Source: Candidatus Cloacimonadota bacterium (GTDB lineage: Bacteria; Cloacimonadota; Cloacimonadia; JGIOTU-2). From it: DNA of 64,000 nt. The notes below the pieces were generated by a model. The model was not told the origin of the DNA and made no database searches. It saw only the letters and a list, made by a program, of their open reading frames with translations. The stretch covers positions 4,512 through 68,511 of the forward strand of contig JAUWMT010000006.1 in assembly GCA_030613025.1 (NCBI GenBank), in the 5' to 3' direction. This document shows positions 38,622 to 48,328 of this stretch, piece by piece (the stretch's first letter is position 1; each line of letters starts with the position of its first letter). The position numbers and the translations under genes are program-made.

Positions 38622-41600
38622 GCTTCACAGAGACTATTTTGGACACGCCTTCTTCTTCCATTGTGATGCCATAAAGGTAGTCAACAGCTTCGATAGTTCG
38701 TTTATTATGTGTAATGATAAGGAATTGCGTATTGGTTGAAAATTTATTCAACAGTTTGAGAAATCTCCCGACGTTTGAATCATCGAGGGGTGCGTCGATC
38801 TCATCGAGAATACAAAAGGGACTCGGCTTAACTAGGTAGATGGAGAAAAGAAGTGCGATCGCAGTAAGTGCTTTCTCTCCGCTTGACAACAGATTGATAT
38901 TCGTGATTTTTTTTCCTTTTGGATTGGAGAAGATCTCAATTTTTGAATTAAGCGGATTTGACTGATTTTCCAGTTTGAGCACACCTTTGCCGCCATTAAA
39001 GATCTCTTTGTATATCGTATCAAAATTTTTCTGAATAATAGTGAAAGTTTTCATGAACATCTTTTCTGCAGTTTCGTTGAGTTGGGAGATCGCTTCCTTG
39101 AGATTGGTTTTGGAATCAACCAGGTCTTTTCGCTGCTCATTAAGAAACTCCAAACGCTTTTTCTGAGTCTCATAATCACTGATCGCTGCGAGGTTTATGG
39201 GTCCCAGATTTTCGAGAAGCGTTTCCTGTTTTTCTCTACCTGTTCTCAGCTCAGCCGGGTCAAGCTCTTCATAATCTTCAGTTTTGTCGTGGGATAGGTC
39301 ATGATGATAATGCTGTATAACATCCTCTTTCAGATGCTCGACCGTTAGCTTTGTCTCCTGGATTTTAAGCTCGATCTCGTTCTTATCATTGGAAAAAACT
39401 CCTTTCTTGAATTCGAGGTCATGCAGTTTCATCTTTAAAGTATCGAGTTCTTTTCTCAACTCGTGGAATTCGTTTTCAATGCTTACATTTTTTTCTTTGA
39501 AAGTACTCAATTCATCCACTTTTTTCTTGAATGAGCTCTCAAACTTCTCAGTTTCTTTCTGCAGATGTTCAATCTCATTTTTTAGAGGTTCGATAGAATT
39601 CTGTAAATTTTCGAGCTCCTGTTCATTTGCAAGTGCAGTGTCCTTTATTCTGATAATATTCTGTTTTATATAGGCAATATCTTTTTCGAGTTTGGTGATC
39701 TCAATTTTTTGATCATTCACCAATCCCTCATAACGGTACTGTTCTCTACGGGTTGTTTTCAGTGTTGCCTGAACAGATTCCAGCTTCTGTTGAAGGGCTT
39801 TCTCGTCTTCTTCAGGGATTTCATTGAGCTTCACATAAACTAATTTCAGATTATTTAAGATCTCGGTTTGCTGGGTGTCAATTTCTGCCAGTTGCTGCTT
39901 ATTATCTTTCACAAGCTCCTGAAAATTATCTCTCTGAACAGAAATATTGATGAGCTGTTTCTGCTCCTTTTCGAGAAGTACAGATGTGTCGTTAAGTTCT
40001 TTATTTAGCAACTGAACTTTCTTAATAAGCTCGGATTTTTCTGATGATGTCTCCTCGATTGCGTGTGTTATTTGTGAGTGCTTTTCTTGTAAAGCGGCAA
40101 TATTTTTCTCAGTATTTTGCAATTCAGCTTTGCGGCTGAGAAGCCCTTTTGAAGATGTCTCGATCCAGTGTGTGGTTACTACTCCACGGTTGGAATATAT
40201 TTCTCCATCTTTTGTAATAAAATGGAACACATTATTATCTTCTTGATACTGATCAACAAGTGAGAGAGCAATATCTCGGTTCTCAACAATATAGTAATTT
40301 TCAAGAAGTTTCGGATGTACGATCTCGTTCTTGAAAGTAAGAATTTCTGCAAGAGGAACGGCATTTTCGATCTTTATGAACGCAGTATTTTTTTTATGAT
40401 TTGTATGCTTTATGATGAGCTGGGAGGTTAGCTTCTTCTCTTGCAAGAAGGAGATGATCTCCCTAATATCCTGCTCTTCACAAATTGCCGAAAGAAGGAT
40501 ATTTCTTAGTGCCTGTTCAACGAGACCAATAAACTTATCCTTCACTGAAATATTTTCTGCGAGAGTAGTAATGTTTGTATTTCCAAATTTTTCTAAAAGT
40601 GCTTTTGTGCCATCAGAATATCCTGCGAAATTTTTCTCCCATTCTTTGAGTTGCTGTTTTTCGTTTTCGAGAGCTTTTATTTGGAGAAGAATATCATGAG
40701 ATTCATCAAGCAGTTTTTGCTCTTTTGCTTTGATATCTTCAATGTTTTTCTCCTGGGCAAGTTTCTTTTCACGAAGTGTATGAAGCGATTGTGTGCTTTG
40801 CTTTTGCTTCTCTTCATGCTCTTTTACGAGTTCGCAAAACTTTTCATATTTTGTTGTATAATCATTAATTTTATTCTTGATACGGTCGATCTGTTCTGTG
40901 ATGAGACGCTGGTGTGTTTCCAGCTCATTTTTTTCATTAAGTATTTTTTGTTTTTTGTACTGGAATTCATTTATTTTATGATAGATCTCATCATTTTCTT
41001 TATAAAATTTACTTACATTTTCTTTGATCTCTGTGAGTTTTTTCTCGTATTTTTCAGTTTGCTCTTTTTGGAGAGTAAGAGATTCTTTTGTTTCTTCGAG
41101 TTTTTTGTGTTCTTTTTCAAGAACATCCGAGCCGGATTCTTTTTGCAGTTTTATCGCATTTATGCGCCCGTGAGTGTCCTCGAGTTTATTATTGTTATTG
41201 GTTATCTGCTGTTTGTTCAGAAGTATCTGTTTTTCAAATGAATTGATCGCATCTTCGATCTCACGCTGCTTTGTCTGCTCCTTTTTGAGCTTATTCTCGA
41301 TTGCAAGAAGGGTTTGTTCTTTTTTTGTAGTTTCAGCTTCATATTGGGCGAGTTCTTTGCTGTTTTGTGTGATCTTTTTTTCAAGATCGAGGAATTTCTC
41401 GTTCATCGGGGCAAGCTGCTTATGCATTTTGAAAAACTCGATTCCAGCCAACTGTATCTTAATCATATTTATCTTATTGTTAAGATTTTGATATCGTTTA
41501 GCTTTTCCAACCTGATGTCGAAGTGAGCCAACCTGATATTTTACTTCAGAAATAATATCATCGAGCCGGATAAGGTCATTTTCCACGGAATGAAGTTTGT

Positions 41601-42135
41601 TCTCACATGTACGCTGGCTCTGGTTATACTTCATGATGCCGGCAGCTTCTTCAAACAGATAACGCTTGTCCTCATCCGAGCTGTTGAGCAGGTCATCGAT
41701 CATTTTTTGCTCTATGAAGGAATATGCTCTGCGTCCCATACCTGTATCATAAAAGAGATTGAGAATGTCTTTCAGGCGGCAGGACTGTCCATTGATCATA
41801 TACTCACTCTCGCCATCAATATAGAGTTTTCGCGTAACCTTAACCTCTTCGTATTCAACAGGCAGGATCTTCTTGTCATTTTCGATAATGATAGAGACTT
41901 CTGTGAAACTGTGCGCACTTCGCTTTTTTGTTCCTTGAAAAATAACATCGCGCATGGTTCCGCCGCGGAGCCGACGCGCATTCTGTTCGCCCAGCACCCA
42001 GTGGATCGCATCAGAAATGTTTGATTTTCCGCATCCATTAGGACCGACTATGCCTGTAAGTCCCTTTGAAAAACTAAATTTTATTGGTTCGCCAAATGAT
42101 TTGAATCCGACAATTTCAAGTTGAGATAATTTCAA
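38614..42135 (-). CDS. smc: chromosome segregation protein SMC
   Basis: 1173 aa. The N-terminal Walker A is FKSF...GIVGPNGCGKSNISDAI. It has long coiled coils, a hinge, and C-terminal LSGGEKALTAIALLFS...PFCILDEIDAPLD. Confidence 0.95.
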   Translation of the reverse strand: MKLSQLEIVGFKSFGEPIKFSFSKGLTGIVGPNGCGKSNISDAIHWVLGEQNARRLRGGTMRDVIFQGTKKRSAHSFTEVSIIIENDKKILPVEYEEVKVTRKLYIDGESEYMINGQSCRLKDILNLFYDTGMGRRAYSFIEQKMIDDLLNSSDEDKRYLFEEAAGIMKYNQSQRTCENKLHSVENDLIRLDDIISEVKYQVGSLRHQVGKAKRYQNLNNKINMIKIQLAGIEFFKMHKQLAPMNEKFLDLEKKITQNSKELAQYEAETTKKEQTLLAIENKLKKEQTKQREIEDAINSFEKQILLNKQQITNNNNKLEDTHGRINAIKLQKESGSDVLEKEHKKLEETKESLTLQKEQTEKYEKKLTEIKENVSKFYKENDEIYHKINEFQYKKQKILNEKNELETHQRLITEQIDRIKNKINDYTTKYEKFCELVKEHEEKQKQSTQSLHTLREKKLAQEKNIEDIKAKEQKLLDESHDILLQIKALENEKQQLKEWEKNFAGYSDGTKALLEKFGNTNITTLAENISVKDKFIGLVEQALRNILLSAICEEQDIREIISFLQEKKLTSQLIIKHTNHKKNTAFIKIENAVPLAEILTFKNEIVHPKLLENYYIVENRDIALSLVDQYQEDNNVFHFITKDGEIYSNRGVVTTHWIETSSKGLLSRKAELQNTEKNIAALQEKHSQITHAIEETSSEKSELIKKVQLLNKELNDTSVLLEKEQKQLINISVQRDNFQELVKDNKQQLAEIDTQQTEILNNLKLVYVKLNEIPEEDEKALQQKLESVQATLKTTRREQYRYEGLVNDQKIEITKLEKDIAYIKQNIIRIKDTALANEQELENLQNSIEPLKNEIEHLQKETEKFESSFKKKVDELSTFKEKNVSIENEFHELRKELDTLKMKLHDLEFKKGVFSNDKNEIELKIQETKLTVEHLKEDVIQHYHHDLSHDKTEDYEELDPAELRTGREKQETLLENLGPINLAAISDYETQKKRLEFLNEQRKDLVDSKTNLKEAISQLNETAEKMFMKTFTIIQKNFDTIYKEIFNGGKGVLKLENQSNPLNSKIEIFSNPKGKKITNINLLSSGEKALTAIALLFSIYLVKPSPFCILDEIDAPLDDSNVGRFLKLLNKFSTNTQFLIITHNKRTIEAVDYLYGITMEEEGVSKIVSVKLD

Positions 42136-42155
42136 TGAAACTCCTTATAAAAAGT

Positions 42156-43865
42156 TTAAAATCCTGTTTCCAATCCAAAATGCACCGTGCCCTGCAAAGG
42201 ATTTGTCCATGTGCCGTCCTGATAGCCGATTCCGTAATCTATCTTAATAATACCGATTTTGCTTTTGAGACGAACTCCAAAACCAACTCCGATCAGACTT
42301 TTATATTCTTCACAATAGCCGTAATCCACAAATGCAAAAGCACGTGAATCCCGTGATAGCAGGTATCTGTATTCAAAACTGATGATACCGAATTTGGAAG
42401 CTATGAATTGGTTGTCAACAAATCCTCTTAAGCTTTCATACCCACCAAAGGAATACTTATCATAAGTTGAAATGGTGTCATTTTTGGTAAAGATGAGTTT
42501 AGTGAGACCTTTCATATAAAAAACATTATAATAATTTAAGGGTATCACGACTTCCAATTCCTCAGAAATGAGCTGATCATAGGATTTTTTCGAGCGCCAA
42601 CGGATCGTGTAATTAGTCGTATTTTTATATCCTTTTCTCGGGTTGATAGGATAATCGAGTTTATTGATCTCAACGATTGCCCCCACTCCATTTCTGTCTA
42701 TGTTGAGAGTATCTTCAAGCGAGCTGCTGTATGTATATTGGAGCCCAATTTTGTTGTAATTTTTCATAGTGAAGAAAGATGCGATCTGAAGATCAGTATT
42801 CACGTAGGTTGTATCCACAGTTTTTCTTCGCAGAGAGCCCTCTGCTGAGATCTGTTGAGCAAGAATAAATGGCTCGCGGTAGGATATATAAAATTCCGAT
42901 GATTTGGAAGTGAGCTTATTCCATTTGAACTGTACTTCTCTGTCAGTCCCGAGAATATTGAGGAAGGAAAAATCAATAAATCCGGTTAAACGCTCTGCAA
43001 ATGGGATATCCTTTTTTGAAGAAGCAAGCCCGAGCACACCCTGGAAATGACTCATGCTTTTCTCTTTAATGGTGACCATTATCTGCCAGTTATTCAAAGG
43101 CACTATTTCAACCGATTCGATATATTTTTTATGAAGCAGATTCTGCTTTGCTCGCCCTATCTTTCTGGAATCATATATCTCATTCTCTTGAAAGTTCAGA
43201 AGAAGTTCGAGTGCTTTTTCTTTCGTGACCGTGTTACCTTTGAAGATGATGTCAGAGATGCGCACCAGCTCGTTTTCCTGAATATCGTAATTGAGAAAGA
43301 GTGAATCCTTTTTAATTCTCATGCTATCCAGAAAAACTTTGCAGAAGGGATAGCCCTTTTCGGAATATATGGCAGTGATAATCTTCATGTCACTATTGGC
43401 TTTTTGAATGGAGAAAGGGGAATTTATGTGCATGGAAAGGTAGGTTCTGAGTTTTTCTCGGGAGAAATATTTATTGCCTTTGAATGTAATGTCTGCAATA
43501 AGAAGTCGCTGCCCTTCATCAATGTGCAGTTTGATAAAGACACCATTTCCATAGTCGGAGGGTATTACTTCCGGAGTAGAGAGCTTTGTGAGATAGAATC
43601 CGTGTGAGAAATAAAGCTGGAGTATGTTTTCGATGTTGCGGTTCAATTTTTCGTAGGAGAATTCCACTCCCGGATGAAGACCAAGAGCTTGTACGATCTC
43701 GGTGTCAGTAAAATGGGAATTGCCGGAGATTTCGATTGTTTTTATGGTTAATTCATTTGCTAGCATGAGGGATTTGAAAAATAAAAGTGAAACACTTAAA
43801 ATGATAATACAGAATATTGTCTTATTTATTTTTCTTATCATAAAGAATTTAACAATTCCTCGCAA
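42156..43865 (-). CDS. BamA/Omp85-family outer-membrane protein (POTRA + surface-antigen barrel)
   Basis: It has POTRA-like segments (IKTIEISGNSHFTDTEIVQALGL...YEKL..NIENILQLYFSHGFY) and a C-terminal barrel ending ...TVHFGLETGF. The true start may be the internal MIRKINK at 43841. Confidence 0.85.
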   Translation of the reverse strand: MRGIVKFFMIRKINKTIFCIIILSVSLLFFKSLMLANELTIKTIEISGNSHFTDTEIVQALGLHPGVEFSYEKLNRNIENILQLYFSHGFYLTKLSTPEVIPSDYGNGVFIKLHIDEGQRLLIADITFKGNKYFSREKLRTYLSMHINSPFSIQKANSDMKIITAIYSEKGYPFCKVFLDSMRIKKDSLFLNYDIQENELVRISDIIFKGNTVTKEKALELLLNFQENEIYDSRKIGRAKQNLLHKKYIESVEIVPLNNWQIMVTIKEKSMSHFQGVLGLASSKKDIPFAERLTGFIDFSFLNILGTDREVQFKWNKLTSKSSEFYISYREPFILAQQISAEGSLRRKTVDTTYVNTDLQIASFFTMKNYNKIGLQYTYSSSLEDTLNIDRNGVGAIVEINKLDYPINPRKGYKNTTNYTIRWRSKKSYDQLISEELEVVIPLNYYNVFYMKGLTKLIFTKNDTISTYDKYSFGGYESLRGFVDNQFIASKFGIISFEYRYLLSRDSRAFAFVDYGYCEEYKSLIGVGFGVRLKSKIGIIKIDYGIGYQDGTWTNPLQGTVHFGLETGF

Positions 43866-43954
43866 TAAAAAATAATGGAACGGGTAAATGCAGAATAGTA
43901 TTCATTTCCGTCTTAGTTTTTCCTGTCATCATGTTGAATCTAATAAAAATCGAT

Positions 43955-44052
43955 GTCATTCCTCCCGATTTGTCGGGAGGAATCCAGTATTCTCTTTTTG
44001 GAAACTTATGTAATGAGCATTTTATATGCATAATATGGCATTTAATTTTCAT
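43955..44052. repeat. REP/MITE-like repeat R1 (hairpin gtcattcctcccga-tttg-tcgggaggaat + ccagtatt... tail)
   Basis: It shares the architecture and about three quarters of its positions (by eye) with 44293-44400. Track ORFs 43849..44052 and 44203..44400 (both starting MKIK.HIMHIK.SLH) are translations of this repeat. Confidence 0.7.
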
Positions 44053-44122
44053 TTTCGTTTGCTTGCGAGGATGTAGACATAATAATTTTTATCCATATGA
44101 TGAGACTAGCTATATAACATTT

Positions 44123-44159
44123 CTGGATTCCCAATTCCCGATACATCGGGAGGAATGAC
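44123..44159. repeat. inverted copy of the REP-like hairpin core
   Basis: The reverse complement is gtcattcctcccgatgtatcgggaattgggaatccag, which matches the core of R1. Confidence 0.6.
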
Positions 44160-44292
44160 AGATGGGGTAGAATTTTACTTTCATGAGTATCATTAAATGA
44201 AGTTACGGAGTGTCACAAATAATGAATATCGAAACACAATACGATGACACTTTGCAAAACAATTCAACATAACCAAATGAAAAAAAGCACGT

Positions 44293-44400
44293 GCCATTCC
44301 CGAGCGTGCCCAACTTGATTGGGTATCGGGAATCCAGTATTTTCATTAGATAATGATGCAGTGAGTGTTTTATATGCATGATATGACTTTTAATTTTCAT
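44293..44400. repeat. REP/MITE-like repeat R2
   Basis: gccattcccgagcg...tatcgggaatccagtattttc...ttttatatgcatgatatgacttttaattttcat is parallel to R1. Confidence 0.7.
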
Positions 44401-44566
44401 TCATCAAACCATTCTTCAGATAAATCTTTCCATTCGGGATTCTCTTTTAAAAAAAACCATAACTTTTTCAAAAACCGTTTTAAAAAAGTCTATACTATTT
44501 CTAAAAAACTTAAAATTAAAATAGCTGTTACAATCATGGACTCCAATTTATCGGAGCGTTATAACC

Positions 44567-45919
44567 TCAATACTTATACAACACCGTAAAATTGAAGTTG
44601 ACTTTATCTTCAGCAGGAACCGTCACCTGGAATTCTATTGTATAGGCATCTTTCTTTGTATAATCAATATCCGATTTCGTGATCGTCCAATTCGTGCCAA
44701 GACTTCGTGTTACTTCAATGGTAACCGATTCCTTCTTTTGATTCCTGATCTCACACTCGTATTTTTCTTCACGGGATTTCTGGCTTGGGCGATTGCTCTC
44801 TGCAAGGATGCATTCACCTTTTATATCAAAGGCAGTACCGATCATGATCTCAACTTCTTCATTTCTTGGAGTGTGCTCGATGCGATCCTCACCCACAAAT
44901 TCAGCAGCATCGTTATCCTGAGTTTTAAAGATGCGTATTTTTCCCATTGGCAGGGGAATGCCCAGTCCGGACTTCTCATCATTCTTGAAGCTGATGAGCA
45001 CAGAAATATCATTTCCGTAATTAGTATTGTATCGATATATCTTTGTGACATTCACATCAGCTGGATCAAAGAGTGAGAGTTGCTTTTGCTGGTGGTTATT
45101 TATGTCCACAGTTTTATTTTCAAGCGTGTAGAGGTGATATTCAAAAAATTCCTTTTCTGTGATCTGCGGTTTTGCATATCCGCCGAGACCATCTGCTTTG
45201 AAGGACATCTCACGCGTCATTGTCGGATAGTCAGGCGCCAAATGCACATCACCAGCCATGAGTTTGAGTGTTACATCTTTGAATGCTTTTCCGGAATTAT
45301 TCTTCAAAGAAATCCAAGATGAAAGGTTCAATTTCTCGTCTTTATTATCAAGAATGCCGACATACTGCGCATCCCAGGAAATATTGTTGGTAATGTAGCT
45401 TAGTTTACAGCAAGTATCGCCGGTTTTATTGGATAGCAGTTCCCAGTTCAAAGTAGGTTTTGTGAAGAAGTTCTCAGGCATTTTCTCAAGTGTAATATTC
45501 TGCAATTCGGCGGTGCTTATCATATTAATACCATTATCTGCTTTTTGAATAACAATGGTTTTATAATCGAAAGATTTGAGAATACCAGAGAAAAGTTCGC
45601 CGCTTTTTACGACAACATCGATGCTCTTATCGAGATATTTTTCAAGAATTTTTTCAGTGTTTGCCAGATCATACTCGAAATTTTGAAGTGTGATAACCAC
45701 TTTATCTGACGACTTAACCGGCTCAAGATGAACCGAAGTGGGCTGTATCGCTGCTGGGATATCATCATAGCTATACAGGTTCATTCCTTTTTGCAGCACA
45801 ATTGAAAGTTCACTTCGCACAGTGGCAAAGTTTTGGTTGTACACGGTCATATCTGTCGAAGCAAATACAAGAGTGCTCAATAAGAAAAATCCAATCAGGG
45901 TTAGGGTAATTTTTTTCAT
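44567..45919 (-). CDS. secreted protein, DUF4139 (MuiA-like) family candidate
   Basis: 450-aa ORF with a signal peptide. The N-terminal TVYNQNFATVRSE... and the overall beta-rich pattern resemble DUF4140/DUF4139 proteins. The assignment is from memory of the family only. Confidence 0.5.
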   Translation of the reverse strand: MKKITLTLIGFFLLSTLVFASTDMTVYNQNFATVRSELSIVLQKGMNLYSYDDIPAAIQPTSVHLEPVKSSDKVVITLQNFEYDLANTEKILEKYLDKSIDVVVKSGELFSGILKSFDYKTIVIQKADNGINMISTAELQNITLEKMPENFFTKPTLNWELLSNKTGDTCCKLSYITNNISWDAQYVGILDNKDEKLNLSSWISLKNNSGKAFKDVTLKLMAGDVHLAPDYPTMTREMSFKADGLGGYAKPQITEKEFFEYHLYTLENKTVDINNHQQKQLSLFDPADVNVTKIYRYNTNYGNDISVLISFKNDEKSGLGIPLPMGKIRIFKTQDNDAAEFVGEDRIEHTPRNEEVEIMIGTAFDIKGECILAESNRPSQKSREEKYECEIRNQKKESVTIEVTRSLGTNWTITKSDIDYTKKDAYTIEFQVTVPAEDKVNFNFTVLYKY

Positions 45920-46548
45920 TATTCCTCGCTTTCTTGTAAAATTTGTTTTATTTTTGAAACGATCATATCGATCGCGATAATGTTCATACCGCCTTCGGGC
46001 ACGATAATATCAGCATATTTTTTTGATGGTTCCACGAACTCAAGATGCATGGGGCGTACAGTCTTCATATATTGATTATACACAGATTCAAAGGTGCGGT
46101 CGCGTTCTTGAATATCGCGTTTGATCCTTCTAAGAATTCGGACATCAGCATCGGTATCAACGAAAATTTTAATATCGAGAAGATTGCGTAGTTCTTTGTT
46201 TTCAAAAATGAGAATTCCTTCAAGCATGAGCACTTTGTGAGGTGAGATCGGAATAGTTTCTTTTTTTCTCAAGTGTGTTGTGAAGTCATACTGAGGTAAA
46301 TCGATGGGGACATCATTTTTTAGATTTCTAAGATGTTTCATGAGAAGCGGTGTGTCAAAGGCATCGGGATGGTCAAAATTGATGTTTTTGCGCTCATCAA
46401 AACTAAGTGCTGAATAAGATTTATAATAAGCATCCTGCTTGATGATGAGTATATTCGGTTCATTAAGTTCTTCAATGATCCTCTCTGCGAGAGTCGTTTT
46501 TCCCGAGCCCGTACCGCCTGCGATTCCTATAATAATATTTTTGCTCAT
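45919..46548 (-). CDS. udk: uridine kinase
   Basis: IIGIAGGTGSGKTTLAERI...IIKQDAYYK...NFDHPDAFD...LPQYDFTTHLR...VLMLEGIL. Confidence 0.93.
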   Translation of the reverse strand: MSKNIIIGIAGGTGSGKTTLAERIIEELNEPNILIIKQDAYYKSYSALSFDERKNINFDHPDAFDTPLLMKHLRNLKNDVPIDLPQYDFTTHLRKKETIPISPHKVLMLEGILIFENKELRNLLDIKIFVDTDADVRILRRIKRDIQERDRTFESVYNQYMKTVRPMHLEFVEPSKKYADIIVPEGGMNIIAIDMIVSKIKQILQESEE

Positions 46549-46596
46549 AGTACTTTCAAGTTAGCTTTTTGTTATTTTATTTTGTCAATTTTCAGA

Positions 46597-47496
46597 TTAT
46601 TTTCTGTCGCCATGTGGGTGCGCTGTTTTGTATACTTCTTTTAATTTCTGCATGGAAGTATGGGTATATATTTCTGTTGATGTCAAGCTGCTATGCCCGA
46701 GAAGTTCCTGCACAGAACGTAGATCAGCGCCGTGATTGAGCAGGTGGGTTGCAAAGGTGTGCCGAAGGGTGTGAGGACTGTAATTCTTGGATTTTTCAAT
46801 AACTTTCAGATATTTATTCACAATATATCTGAGCTCGTCAGCTGAGAGGGGATTGCCATTTTTAGATACAAAAATTTGAGGAACATCTATTGCTTTAATA
46901 AAAGATCCACGAATTTTCAGATATTTTTGCAAAGCAGCAATTGCATAACTTCCCATCGGAATGATCCTTGTTTTTGAGCGTTTACCAAGTACTTTTATCT
47001 GATCCTGTCTGAAATCCACATCCTTGATCTTGAGTCCCGCAAGCTCTCCGATACGAATTCCTGTGCTATACAGCAGCTCAAGAATGGCGATATTCCGAAT
47101 CCCAAGTGCATCTTCTTTGTCAGGAATTTGCAGAACGAAACGCATGTCGTTTTCAGTAAGAAAGGTAGCAGCATGTTTTTCAAATTTTGGGATCTTAATT
47201 TCGATGAGAGGATTATGTGTTGTAAGATCATTCTGTATCAGGTACGAAAAGAATGCTTTGACAGAGATGACCTTTCTGGCGAGGGTTCTGTTGCCGTCCT
47301 TTTGCTCGCTGAGATGCTGAAGGAAATCTCGAAACATGGATTTATTTATCTCTTCAACAATAATGATCTCATCAGGAAAAAATTTCTTAATAAACTCAAA
47401 AAATTGCTCAACATCTCCAAGATATGCACGAAGAGTGTGATTAGAATAATTTTGTGAAACGAGATATTCTTTATATTTTTGAATTAACTTTTCCAT
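46597..47496 (-). CDS. tyrosine site-specific recombinase, XerC/XerD family
   Basis: The N-terminal SAM-like domain has TLRAYLGDVEQF. The catalytic region is GIRIGEL...RIIPMG...HTLRHTFATHLLNHGADLRSVQELLGHSSLTSTEIYTH. Confidence 0.9.
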   Translation of the reverse strand: MEKLIQKYKEYLVSQNYSNHTLRAYLGDVEQFFEFIKKFFPDEIIIVEEINKSMFRDFLQHLSEQKDGNRTLARKVISVKAFFSYLIQNDLTTHNPLIEIKIPKFEKHAATFLTENDMRFVLQIPDKEDALGIRNIAILELLYSTGIRIGELAGLKIKDVDFRQDQIKVLGKRSKTRIIPMGSYAIAALQKYLKIRGSFIKAIDVPQIFVSKNGNPLSADELRYIVNKYLKVIEKSKNYSPHTLRHTFATHLLNHGADLRSVQELLGHSSLTSTEIYTHTSMQKLKEVYKTAHPHGDRK

Positions 47497-48170
47497 AAGA
47501 TTGGAATTAAATAGGGGATTGTGTCAGGGTAACCGGCTTGGCAGAAGGCAGTTATCCGAAGTTTACAGCTTTCGCATACCCCGCATGCCTTGTCTTCGTT
47601 TTGATAGCATGACCATGTGAGATGGAGCGGGGCTTTTAATTCTATGCCTAATTGAACAACTTCGGCTTTTGTCTTATGCAAAATAGGAGTTTCGATTTCA
47701 ATGTTTGTGCTCGGTTTTGTGCCTTCTTTTATGGTTTTATTAAAACTTTTGAAAAAACTTTCTCTGCAATCCGGGTAACCGCTGCTGTCCTCCTCCATAG
47801 CGCCGATAAAAATTTTGGATGCACCGATCACTTCTGCCCAAGCTGTTGCGATTGAGAGTAAGTTGGCATTACGGAAAGGAACGTAAGTCGATGGGATCGA
47901 ATCACCCGTTTTATTTTCAGGAATTGGTATATCTTCATCGGTCAAGCTCGAACCGCCGATCTTTTGCAGATAGCTGATGTCAACATTCAGAATGTCTTTT
48001 ATCTTATAAAATTCAGCAATATCCTTAAATGCCTGTTCTTCGCGGGTGACAGTTCGCTGTCCATAATTCACATGCAGCAGGCAAATCTGAAAATCCTTCT
48101 GTGCAATCGAAGCAACTACACAGCTATCCAGACCTCCGCTTAGTAGTACGATCGCTTTTTCTTTTTTCAT
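47484..48170 (-). CDS. queC: 7-cyano-7-deazaguanine synthase QueC
   Basis: AIVLLSGGLDS...VNYGQR...YVPFRNANLL...WSCYQNEDKACGVCESCKLR contains the Zn-binding Cys cluster. Confidence 0.93.
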   Translation of the reverse strand: MKKEKAIVLLSGGLDSCVVASIAQKDFQICLLHVNYGQRTVTREEQAFKDIAEFYKIKDILNVDISYLQKIGGSSLTDEDIPIPENKTGDSIPSTYVPFRNANLLSIATAWAEVIGASKIFIGAMEEDSSGYPDCRESFFKSFNKTIKEGTKPSTNIEIETPILHKTKAEVVQLGIELKAPLHLTWSCYQNEDKACGVCESCKLRITAFCQAGYPDTIPYLIPILWKS

Positions 48171-48328
48171 GATGTACCAAGTGTTCTAATGTTCCCAGGA
48201 TTGACAAGATATTTATGTCAGGAAGGAATTTTAACCACGAAAAAACACGAAATATCACGAAAAGTTTTGATACTTGTTATGAAATAAATCCAACTGATTA
48301 TCAATAATGAAAAGAAAATTCCTCCAAG

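Noticed and set aside
43849-44400. ORFs 43849..44052 and 44203..44400 (MKIK.HIMHIK.SLH...) as a conserved small-protein family
   Set aside because: Both are translations of the REP/MITE-like repeat, including its hairpin (…WIPPDKSGGMTS…). Similarity ends where the repeat ends.
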